DNA of 64,000 bases from a virus (lineage: Duplodnaviria > Caudoviricetes). The notes beneath the pieces were generated by a model. The model worked only from the letters and a program-made list of their open reading frames with translations. It searched no databases and was not told the DNA's origin. The position numbers and the translations under genes are program-made. The DNA lies in the IMG/VR virus record IMGVR_UViG_3300029305_003192. One strand, written 5' to 3'. Positions 1 to 8,483 of the stretch are shown here, piece by piece (position 1 is the stretch's first letter; each line of letters opens with the position of its first letter).

Positions 1-378
1 CGCTACTACAAATGCGGACAGCTTCTGTCCGAAACAACCGATGTTGTTGAGGCTAAATTCGGTAAGGTTAAGGGCGAGTCAGTGGGTGAAGGTGTGATGA
101 TCGAGTTCTATATTAAGCATCATGATATCATCAAAAAAGGTGACAAGATGTCAAATTATATAGCAGCGAAGGGTGTAAACTCACATGTCATTCCTGAAGG
201 TCTTGAACCATGGAGCGAATACCGACCCGAAGAAGAGGTCAGTGCATTCATTACACCTATCTCAATTTCTGCACGTAAAGTACCATCTATATATCCGGCC
301 ATGTTTGGTAATAAGGTTCTTATCGAAGCTAAGAGACAGATGGTTGAAAAGTATAAGAAAGCCCGCGGTTTAAAATAA
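1..378 (+). CDS. rpoB: Phage RNA polymerase beta-like subunit, C-terminal fragment (5' truncated by window edge; probably virion RNAP)
   Basis: Frame is open from base 1. GDKMSNYIAAKGVNSHVIP..P matches the beta GDK..G.KG segment and TPISISARKVPS matches NP.g.psRM. Stop is followed by a non-coding gap. Confidence 0.85.
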   Translation, partial: RYYKCGQLLSETTDVVEAKFGKVKGESVGEGVMIEFYIKHHDIIKKGDKMSNYIAAKGVNSHVIPEGLEPWSEYRPEEEVSAFITPISISARKVPSIYPAMFGNKVLIEAKRQMVEKYKKARGLK

Positions 379-400
379 TAATATGTATTAAACTTGTATG

Positions 401-720
401 TAAACGGATAAACTCCATACCTTGAATCATTCGGTATCTGTAAGCTTTGCTTTGATTTCTGTACGTTTGCATGCTTTAAGCGTATTCGGTGATTACACAG
501 GGCGGTTCGAGCCCTGCTGCGTGCTTGGTATTCGGGATGCACATTATCCGTGTTCCTTCGTTTGCAGGGGTCATTACCCAAGACCCCTGCATTCCACCTT
601 AATCACAATATCTTGAAGTATAATATCGTTCAATTTCGCAGATACGATATCTCGGAACAGTAATTTCCAATCTCATCATTGACTCAGATATAGCATTCAA
701 GATGTGATATAAATCATCCT
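401..720 (+). ncRNA. Candidate structured small RNA
   Basis: No credible ORF. AACT-N6-TA late-like promoter at 391-402; hairpins CAGGGC-GGTTCGA-GCCCTG and TGCAGGGGTC..GACCCCTGCA; ends at the palindrome at 722-753. Confidence 0.35.
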
Positions 721-721
721 T

Positions 722-753
722 ATACCCAGGTATCCATATGGATACCTGGGTAT
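722..753. terminator. Perfect 32-bp palindrome, bidirectional terminator-like
   Basis: ATACCCAGGTATCCATATGGATACCTGGGTAT lies between convergent units; a second hairpin with an A-tract follows at ~770-802. Confidence 0.7.
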
Positions 754-804
754 TCGTTGCCGTTATAAGAAAAAAAATACCGGAGCATTGCTCCGGTATT
801 TACA

Positions 805-1266
805 TTACTTCTTTCTCTGTCTCAGCTTCTGTCGTATGGCTGCCAAAGTTTCATCACTTTTACCAACACGTGTCTTTGGATGACCGTCTACAGCACGGAA
901 CTTGATAGAGAATGAGCGAGGAGTTATACCTCTTTCTTCACCGCATCCATATATAAGTATATTAACCTTAAGCTTAGGATTAAGTGTATCTACAGCCAGA
1001 TATATTATATGTGCCAGTCTCACCAACTGGTAGAATATATGGAATTCCTCATTCATACGAATTTTAATATGTATCGAGTTCTTATCGAATGTCATCTTCT
1101 TAATAGCATCTATTATATTACTTATATCCAGATTATCAGGGTCGAAATTACCTCTAATCGAATATACATTACTGCCGATTATTATCATGAAATTAGAACC
1201 TCTGTAACTGATGCTAATCGGCTTATCATCATTAAGGTTCTTTGCTTTATAATGTATCTTGTACAT
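805..1266 (-). CDS. Hypothetical protein, early-type single-gene unit
   Basis: 153 aa; SD GCAGAAAGGA; TATATATTAT promoter at 1292-1301; terminator at 776-802. Confidence 0.8.
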   Translation of the reverse strand: MYKIHYKAKNLNDDKPISISYRGSNFMIIIGSNVYSIRGNFDPDNLDISNIIDAIKKMTFDKNSIHIKIRMNEEFHIFYQLVRLAHIIYLAVDTLNPKLKVNILIYGCGEERGITPRSFSIKFRAVDGHPKTRVGKSDETLAAIRQKLRQRKK

Positions 1267-1347
1267 TTTACCACGTCCTTTCTGCAGTATGATAATATAT
1301 ATTTAACCCCCGTATGAGATTGCTCTCATACGGGGGTGGGTTGTTAG

Positions 1348-1611
1348 TTAAGATCCTCTATTTTTAACCTTATGGTCTCTCACATAAATTGCAAGAAATG
1401 ATGCGAGGTCATTAAACGGACATCCTGGATGGTCAATACCACGCTTGACTCCTGAATGAATATCACCATAGTTTGGTATTGGATAAATATCAATGGTATG
1501 AATTCTTTTCGAAACTTTGGCTCGGTATATGTCCAGGGCTACTCGCTTTGCAGGTTTCTTAGAAACCTTATCAAACAGGGTCTCTGTCAACATCATTTGC
1601 GTAATCAACAC
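1348..1611 (-). CDS. Hypothetical protein
   Basis: 87-aa ORF overlapping the end of the upstream gene, followed by hairpin 1306-1336. Start uncertain. Confidence 0.5.
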   Translation of the reverse strand: MLITQMMLTETLFDKVSKKPAKRVALDIYRAKVSKRIHTIDIYPIPNYGDIHSGVKRGIDHPGCPFNDLASFLAIYVRDHKVKNRGS

Positions 1612-3223
1612 TTTCGTCTCTCTGCTGGAGGAGGTGTGTAAATACCTTCACGAATTCAACGAAGTAAGGTACCGGATTAGGCTTGCCGACGCCACATACA
1701 GTGTTCATGATAGCAATAGCCGCGGTATCGTCTGTGTAGTTTCTACCATCGATAGTGATAACCGGAATATCAGTACATTCAACCTTGGATACCTTCAGTT
1801 CAGGAATACCCAATGCTCTGCATACGACAGATGTGTTATGAAGTACATCATCAATGCTGCACTTGTCAGCAACACCGAAGAAGAATGTATAATCTTCAGT
1901 AGCGAACTTCTTACCATCTTCTTCACGGATGGTGATAGGACGGTCAACTGCAAAGATAACTGGAATGAGTGTGCACTCATCAGCCTTGCAGTACTTCATC
2001 TTAGCATTGACAAATGCGATATCGGCAACGTATGGAATTGAATCCATTACCGAGCCATTTACGATTGGGAATGATGCTGGAGAACCGTGCTGTGTCTTAA
2101 GCTTGATATATGGTCCATCAAGCCAGTCAGCATTTACGCAGAGACAAGAGTGGTTGAAGATTCCATTACCAATCTTAAGCTGGTTTATGGAACCACCGCA
2201 GTTACATTTCTCATGTGGGATATAGAATCTGTCCAGCACATAAAGAAGTGTCTTCTTATACATAGCCGGAGTGAACTTTCTCCACATCTTGGTCATTGCC
2301 TCAATTGTTGCGGAATAGTTTGTGAACTGATTACCGTCAACGAGTGCTCTGAGAAGTTCAACGTTTACCTCGCCGTTTTCTCTGAGAAGAACGGATGTGG
2401 AAGCATTGCCGTTTGTTTCGAACTTCTGCATGGATGTGTCTTCTGTAGGTTCTACTACATTTAAGCTTTCACCTACAGTCTCGCCGATAGCAGCACCTGT
2501 TGTTTCGTCCGGACACTTACCCGGACAGTGTGGACATTTCTGATTTGCCATAGTGGGATCCTCCTTATGATTTTTTGATTTATCGTGTCGGTAGTTCTGA
2601 ATTCTACCGCAAAGATACAATAACTTGTCTGAAGTATCGAGATATTTGTCCTTCATCTCCTGACTAAAATAGTCAGCACTCGTTCTACTTCTTAATGTAC
2701 CGGCAATGGAGTATACCAGGTTTTCGAGTAACTGAAGGTTCTTCATATCATAATGCCAATCCCAGTACTTTTCTTTAGCTGCCATACTGATACCATTGTC
2801 GTCTGAACACGAAGTGTTATAACCGAGAATCCCAGCTAATCTCTGGGTGCCCTCATTGAATAAATCGGATTCGATATCATAATATAATACATTATACAGA
2901 GCGCCTTCCCAAGGATCCTTCTTACACTCGCGTTTATAGACACGTTCGCTAATAGCAATCTTCTTCTCGAGATCACGCAACGCCTCGAGTAAGAACTTCG
3001 GAATCTTATTGGTATAGTCCATGATAATGATATCACAAACGGCGCGGTTAGTATTTCCTGTAAACGGAAATTCCATCAGACTATGATAACAACCTTCATC
3101 TGTCATATCGAACGCGACGCAGAGCTTCTGCATGAGTTCGAAGAATTTGTATGAACCCCATTCATATTTGTGAAGGAGTTCTTCAAGTATCTTGGCACAA
3201 TCGCCAGTATGAATTTCGCTCAT
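1571..3223 (-). CDS. Hypothetical protein, apparent fusion of two genes (internal start at 2551)
   Basis: 550 aa with SD AAGGAGG; a second AAGGAGG sits 8 nt before the in-frame ATG at 2551 (MANQKCPHCPGKC). Confidence 0.8.
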   Translation of the reverse strand: MSEIHTGDCAKILEELLHKYEWGSYKFFELMQKLCVAFDMTDEGCYHSLMEFPFTGNTNRAVCDIIIMDYTNKIPKFLLEALRDLEKKIAISERVYKRECKKDPWEGALYNVLYYDIESDLFNEGTQRLAGILGYNTSCSDDNGISMAAKEKYWDWHYDMKNLQLLENLVYSIAGTLRSRTSADYFSQEMKDKYLDTSDKLLYLCGRIQNYRHDKSKNHKEDPTMANQKCPHCPGKCPDETTGAAIGETVGESLNVVEPTEDTSMQKFETNGNASTSVLLRENGEVNVELLRALVDGNQFTNYSATIEAMTKMWRKFTPAMYKKTLLYVLDRFYIPHEKCNCGGSINQLKIGNGIFNHSCLCVNADWLDGPYIKLKTQHGSPASFPIVNGSVMDSIPYVADIAFVNAKMKYCKADECTLIPVIFAVDRPITIREEDGKKFATEDYTFFFGVADKCSIDDVLHNTSVVCRALGIPELKVSKVECTDIPVITIDGRNYTDDTAAIAIMNTVCGVGKPNPVPYFVEFVKVFTHLLQQRDESVDYANDVDRDPV

Positions 3224-3299
3224 AGAGCATCCTCCTTTTATTATAGGTTACAGTAGAGTTGTCATGATAATTTAATTTAACAAGAACGAGAATATAATT

Positions 3300-4925
3300 A
3301 CCGATTAGTAAAGAGATAGAATCTCTCGGTATGTTTCGTCTATGAAGATACCGGACGTGGCATACCTCGTCGAATAATCCCATGGCGACTACAATCGTGG
3401 ACTAACCAACCACAAGGGTTGTAGTGAGGCCGGGTACAAAATCATACACTTCAGTATGAGAGTAGTTTCCGGGAGAAGGCCTATACGGGTGGGGCTTGCC
3501 CCAACTTTCCAAATGTATCAGAGAGTCAGTGAGATTTCGAGAGCTCTCTGGAGTTTATAATAGTTATATAGAAACCTTTAATTACTGTGATACATATAAC
3601 ACAGCATGCTTAATAAGATAAACATCTATTGGTTATCATTAACCAATATTGGGAGAACTTGATTATATACTTCTCTATGGAGTGCGTCACGAAAGCCTAG
3701 TTGGCAATAGTCTTCATGAAGTATATAAACGAGCAATTCCACCACTCACCATGTGTGAAAGAACGGCTAGTACCACTTGGGGCGGATGCATATCCCTAGG
3801 AAGATATGTGTACGTATTCGCAGAAAGAGCCCTATGAAGGTGAGGTACCTGTAGCAGACCGCTATTAACCTAACTTTGAAGCAGGATTAATAGTTGGAAC
3901 TCTGTGATGGCTGCCGCGGAGAAGTCGGGCGATGGCAAGTTCGTCATGCTCCGTATATGATTCTTCGGAGTCATATGTTGGAAGAATAGTAGGGTGATAA
4001 GTCTCTGGAGCACATGAGTAAATATGAAGAAGTAACAGTGGATAGATTATACGTTTGGTATCAGGCTTCAATGATGAACCACGTATCAGTATTACGACAT
4101 TAAAAGTTCGATGTTCACGAATGTCGGGTACGCTCAATGTTCGCTATCAACAGTCTCAAATATTAAAGCTAACTTCTATATGATGCAGATTATTTACATA
4201 GTGGATTAAGGACCCATTATGTAAGTAATTTTCACTTTGTCTTAAAATCGCCGGCCTGCGTCCGGCTTTAAAGATTGGCAGTGCACGAAGTGCTCTAGTG
4301 CGACAGCACTACTATTGTCCGGCTCTGTCTGAGAATTACATCTCTACCGTTCCGGCATAGCCGTTGAGCGGGAGAGTGGAATTCGAGTCACAGCAACGTA
4401 AAAGCAATAAGGGTAAAAGCAAAATGCCGGACCCTTGCGGAGCGTCGCTGGCGGACATCAGGGGAGCCAGCAGCGGAGATAGCACACCGCAGGTGAAGCT
4501 CGCCGCAGGCAATGTGCATATCCATGAGACGAAGCCTATTATAAATTGATAACAATTGTTGACAGAGTCATATATACATTTGCAGCTCTTTCGACCGTTC
4601 CAATAAAGGTCGGAAGAGTGCAAATCAATACAAATATATGGCTTCGGCTGTCGCAATATTGTTACTATATTTTGGAAGGTTGGGGGAGAAGGTCCCTAGG
4701 AGGAGGGGTATCCCCTCCTTAACCTGCACCGTCCTCGTATAGTACCAACTCTTTTCTTCCAACAGCATTTCTTATACCAGCCCTTTTGTACCAACTGAAA
4801 GAGTTGGTACTATTTAGCGTCCGACCTCCTTTAAAGGACCCCTCGTTTACATGGAAAGGAAGAAGAGGGAGGACGCGTTCCAATGTATTATTAAGAAAAA
4901 TAATGGCCGCCGCGTCAGCGGCATA
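3300..4925 (+). ncRNA. Candidate very large structured non-coding RNA (or structured origin region)
   Basis: No credible ORF for ~1.7 kb. Dense helices whose G-U pairs work on the + strand, a cUUCGg tetraloop at 3963-3968, and a 15-bp long-range helix 3499-3513/4671-4685. Confidence 0.5.
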
Positions 4926-4967
4926 TTGTTCTTTGAATAGTAGATATTTAATATGGACTTCAAAGAG

Positions 4968-4977
4968 TATATATCAT
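4968..4977 (+). promoter_or_regulatory. Early-type promoter motif TATATATCAT
   Basis: The same motif precedes non-structural units at 7154(+), 30044(+), 50569(+), 1292(-), 21397(-), 46531(-), 61935(-) and all four cassettes. Confidence 0.6.
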
Positions 4978-4993
4978 CACATATGAAAGGAAG

Positions 4994-5497
4994 GTGTGTA
5001 TACCAATGAATACACGTAAATTAAGGACTTTGTATTATGGTTATTGGAACGACCAATTACTATGTATATCTACAGAGTTGAAATCTGTGAAGAGTTATCT
5101 GAAGAATACGAGACATTGTGATGGAGAAGCAGTAGATATAGATGAACGGCATAAGAGGTTCGAAGACCTTACAGTAGAGGAAGAGAACCTACTGCTCGCT
5201 AAGTATAACAAAAAATATATCACTGCTAAAGACGGTAGGATAATCCTCAGAGATTTCAATCTCTTCATGGATAATATACTTAATGCCGCAGATACATTAG
5301 AGTTCCTAGATAAGCTATTCAAGTTTAATGGGCTTGTAGATGCTGCTAAGATATGTAGGTACATTCTCGATACACCATATCTCAGAGGTAGACTATTCCA
5401 GAGATTCTTCAATAACCACGACCTTGTGAAGCTTGATGTTATATCATACTTACACATGAAGAAAGAGTGTCCGTCATATATGATGGACGATGAATAA
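4994..5497 (+). CDS. Hypothetical protein
   Basis: 167 aa; SD GAAAGGAAGG; early-type promoter upstream. Confidence 0.8.
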   Translation: MCIPMNTRKLRTLYYGYWNDQLLCISTELKSVKSYLKNTRHCDGEAVDIDERHKRFEDLTVEEENLLLAKYNKKYITAKDGRIILRDFNLFMDNILNAADTLEFLDKLFKFNGLVDAAKICRYILDTPYLRGRLFQRFFNNHDLVKLDVISYLHMKKECPSYMMDDE

Positions 5498-5545
5498 GAT
5501 ATATCCAATGACTATGATGTCATTGGATATTTTTTGTACCAGAGC

Positions 5546-5606
5546 AAAAAATCAATCACCACCAAGGTATCTAGAACCGCCAGGTACGTACCTGGCGGTG
5601 ATTGAT
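5546..5606 (-). terminator. Cassette terminator, copy 1, with invariant loop
   Basis: Stem 5551-5569/5589-5606 plus U-tract on the minus strand. Contains AGAACCGCCAGGTACGTA, identical at 11645 and 39090. Confidence 0.75.
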
Positions 5607-5617
5607 TTATCTGTGCA

Positions 5618-5905
5618 TTATATAATACGCAGATCGAACCCCTCGTCTCTGAGGGTTTTGATAGCTGGATAGAAATCTCTATCCAGCCTGATACACTTAG
5701 AATCGTGTATCATATTTACTATGTACAGAGAAGTGACGCCCAGGAATTCTAATGATTCCTTAATTGCACTGACAACGTCCGATGGCAGCAAAACCACAGA
5801 TGTCGAGTAGATATCGATCGAATGGATCGACGAGTTCGTGAAACCTTTGAAAACCTCCACTCTCGTGGTACTCTTTTCGATAGTATTAATAGATTTCATT
5901 GTCAT
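5618..5905 (-). CDS. Hypothetical protein, cargo of cassette 1
   Basis: 95 aa; SD GCAGAAAGGA; lies between the shared cassette leader and terminator. Confidence 0.8.
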   Translation of the reverse strand: MTMKSINTIEKSTTRVEVFKGFTNSSIHSIDIYSTSVVLLPSDVVSAIKESLEFLGVTSLYIVNMIHDSKCIRLDRDFYPAIKTLRDEGFDLRII

Positions 5906-6032
5906 AAGTACTTCCTTTCTGCCTTATAAAGGCTATGATAGTTTTATTAGTTCGGAGACTATCAACTCCTTTATTCTTACTAATATGATATATATGTCAT
6001 ATACACGGAAATCACGGTGCATAGAAATACCC
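5906..6032 (-). promoter_or_regulatory. Cassette promoter plus pseudoknot leader, copy 1
   Basis: 5976-6032 matches 39597-39653 at 55 of 57 nt. Leader pairings GGAG/CTCC and GATAGT/ACTATC are interleaved. Confidence 0.75.
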
Positions 6033-6051
6033 TAATGCCACAATTATTGAA

Positions 6052-6063
6052 AACATTCAAGTA
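6052..6063 (+). promoter_or_regulatory. Late-type promoter AACA-N6-TA
   Basis: Matches the AR9 non-virion RNAP late consensus. Also at 9705(+), 25715(+), 25672(-), 44208(-), 46856(-), 53738(-), 55023(-), 61964(+). Confidence 0.65.
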
Positions 6064-6098
6064 ATGATAAAATTCGTCAGAGAGGAGGGAATATATTC

Positions 6099-6524
6099 AT
6101 GCCTGCAATGGATTATAGTACAATCCGTATCAGTATACTGAACTCGCTGAAATTTCACGAAGAATATGATAGAGCCATGAGAAGTACATTCATATTCATC
6201 TGCGAATTATATCTGCTGTGGCAGCTACTCATATATGGTATAGCAAGGTCATCAAGTCTTCCAACAAGCATAGTTGGATTTGTACTTCTTACATGTACAT
6301 ATGTGACTTTGCGTATCTATAGAAAGAATGCTGTAGAGCTTGAGAAGCATGGTGAAATCATACTTAGCTATCATACTAATGAATTTGATAATGATAACTT
6401 AAAGAAATTCGGCAAAGTTGCTGAGAAGTATGACATTGGGCGAAAGAGTATATTTGCCATGAATGTAATTAGCTCGCTCTACGTGCTGATATTTTCAATT
6501 GCCACACTGATAGTGCATTTATAA
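6099..6524 (+). CDS. Membrane protein (about 3 TM segments)
   Basis: 141 aa with hydrophobic stretches; SD AGGAGG; late-type promoter. Confidence 0.8.
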   Translation: MPAMDYSTIRISILNSLKFHEEYDRAMRSTFIFICELYLLWQLLIYGIARSSSLPTSIVGFVLLTCTYVTLRIYRKNAVELEKHGEIILSYHTNEFDNDNLKKFGKVAEKYDIGRKSIFAMNVISSLYVLIFSIATLIVHL

Positions 6525-6567
6525 TGAGGAGTTAAACCGGAGTAACCTATTATGGTTACTCCGGTTA

Positions 6568-7113
6568 TTATTTGCCCTTACGAAGGACGCTGAAGTTAAT
6601 CTTGCCGAGGTCTTCGAATTGTTTAAGTATCTCCTTAGCATTCTCTGGTTTCTTCCAGTACTTTGGAGAATTCTTAGCTGTTGGACTAAATTCCATCTTA
6701 CAGTGGTCGACTATAAAGGATTCGAACGCACCAGCCGGTAATACGATAGGCTGGTCGAAGAAATCCTTAAAGTAGGTATTGAGAAGACCATCACCCTTAG
6801 ACAGGAAGTATTTCTCCAGGCACAGGTCACCATATCTGATAACTGGCGTTATTGCATATACAGTCTTCCTAGGCTGCTGTGGTGCAGAGATAATCTGCTT
6901 TACAATTATCATATATTGGTGCATTGTATCAAGGTCTTTCTCAAGATAAGCAAAGAATATCTTACTTTCTCTTGTCACTGTCCCACTAACTACTGGACCT
7001 TTCTCGATCATTTTCTTGAGGTCCGTTACTAATGCAACGAATTCACTATCGATATTTAACTTGGCTTGCAATACATCATCAACTGAGTATGGCAGGTTTC
7101 TTTTAAACTTCAT
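6568..7113 (-). CDS. Hypothetical protein
   Basis: 181 aa; SD AGAAAGGAGGAG; bidirectional hairpin at 6535-6566. Confidence 0.8.
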   Translation of the reverse strand: MKFKRNLPYSVDDVLQAKLNIDSEFVALVTDLKKMIEKGPVVSGTVTRESKIFFAYLEKDLDTMHQYMIIVKQIISAPQQPRKTVYAITPVIRYGDLCLEKYFLSKGDGLLNTYFKDFFDQPIVLPAGAFESFIVDHCKMEFSPTAKNSPKYWKKPENAKEILKQFEDLGKINFSVLRKGK

Positions 7114-7200
7114 TAGAACTCCTCCTTTCTTAACTGTTATCCGGTTGGGGAAATATATATCATATCAGCGGCAAATGACTAAAATAAAGGAGATGTTAAT

Positions 7201-8469
7201 ATGAGTAAATTGGAACGTGATAATATCATTTGTCTTATGCAAGATGGGACATGTCAAATGACCCATAAGAATGAGCTAAGGAGATTCTTCAATAGTAACA
7301 ATGTAGAATTTGCTCTGATACCTTTAGATAGTAAAGGTCATCAGTATACTGCATGTAATATGGTACCTAAGAAGTTTCGCTCATTCTATATCGAGTTCGA
7401 CTTGTATCTTATAGCTCCTGGTGGAGTTGACTGGATTGATGTTGAAGATGCGATATGTGAAAATGTGCGGCATTATAGAATCCAATGTGATACATTTGTC
7501 GACTTTGTAAGATTCCTTCAGAGCGTATGGTTAATGTGCACTGTATCCGAGGGTTTTGATGTCGGTATAGATAACCCTATGTCGGCATACGTGTTCGAGT
7601 TTTCTAATGTAGCCTTCACATATGTTACTAAGAAGGAAATTATTAAAGATAGACTCAAAACCAAGGATGGGATGATATCGACATCATTTCAGTTCATGGG
7701 ATTTATTGAAGCTATCATGGATATTGTGTTTGGTACACGAAAGGTTGATTCGGTATTTCTTGATGATAATATTATCATTATAGACTCGAAGACTAATACG
7801 TGGGAAATAACAGAATTCCCTAATTCCGTTACGGACTTATCTGTGTATGACCGAAAGCGATTTCATATATTACCGTTCAATGAGGTAACACTCAGTGCGG
7901 CAGATACATCGTACCTTGATTTACTAATGATAAATAAGTCGATGAGTATGATACCATTGCAGTTTGCGGCAGTGGTGGATGTGCATTCATATACCGGCTC
8001 ACTGCTTGAAGGTCCCGGTAAGACATTGAGTGAGATATTACTGGATGTACACGGAGATGCATATGAGCGTGCATTGTCAATGAAGTCGTTCTCGGATAGC
8101 TTTGTTGATGATATACTGGAGCCTTACTATATTGCGCACATAAGCAATTTCGTGACCTCTAGTACTCTACTAGTTGCACTTCATGATTATCGACGTATCA
8201 TGCATATTATAGAAATCATTACCCAGATAGTATGCGGAACAGGCGCTATTATCGTTATGCAGATATGCTCAGAGGTGAGAGGATTTGCGGAATCAAGTAA
8301 TACTGCATTTCATTTCATATGCGGTGATATGGATGCATTTGATGGCGATGATGTATATGAATCATATCTGAGTGAGCTTCACATGTTCTATATGGACGAG
8401 TTACCGAGACGATATATTTATCGTAACCCGGAATCGATAACGGAGGCACCGTATGAGTTACCATTCTAA
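7201..8469 (+). CDS. Hypothetical protein, paralog of 8484..9650
   Basis: 422 aa; SD AAGGAG; shares VEFALI/AEYVLI, VPKKF/LPKRF and CDTFVDF/CKDFPTF with its neighbour. Confidence 0.85.
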   Translation: MSKLERDNIICLMQDGTCQMTHKNELRRFFNSNNVEFALIPLDSKGHQYTACNMVPKKFRSFYIEFDLYLIAPGGVDWIDVEDAICENVRHYRIQCDTFVDFVRFLQSVWLMCTVSEGFDVGIDNPMSAYVFEFSNVAFTYVTKKEIIKDRLKTKDGMISTSFQFMGFIEAIMDIVFGTRKVDSVFLDDNIIIIDSKTNTWEITEFPNSVTDLSVYDRKRFHILPFNEVTLSAADTSYLDLLMINKSMSMIPLQFAAVVDVHSYTGSLLEGPGKTLSEILLDVHGDAYERALSMKSFSDSFVDDILEPYYIAHISNFVTSSTLLVALHDYRRIMHIIEIITQIVCGTGAIIVMQICSEVRGFAESSNTAFHFICGDMDAFDGDDVYESYLSELHMFYMDELPRRYIYRNPESITEAPYELPF

Positions 8470-8483
8470 AGGAGGAAATGTAA

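Noticed and set aside
3681-4400. GTGCG starts (3682, 4298) suggesting a group II intron
   Set aside because: No domain V/VI consensus found and no interrupted gene flanks the region.
3649-4986. Short ORFs in the large gap (3649, 3865, 4336, 4364, 4786)
   Set aside because: No SD sites, near-cognate starts, atypical composition; they overlap strong RNA helices.
5930-5972. preQ1-I riboswitch identity for the leader pseudoknot
   Set aside because: Similar topology, but the ligand-binding loop nucleotides are not conserved across copies and cargo genes are unrelated to queuosine.
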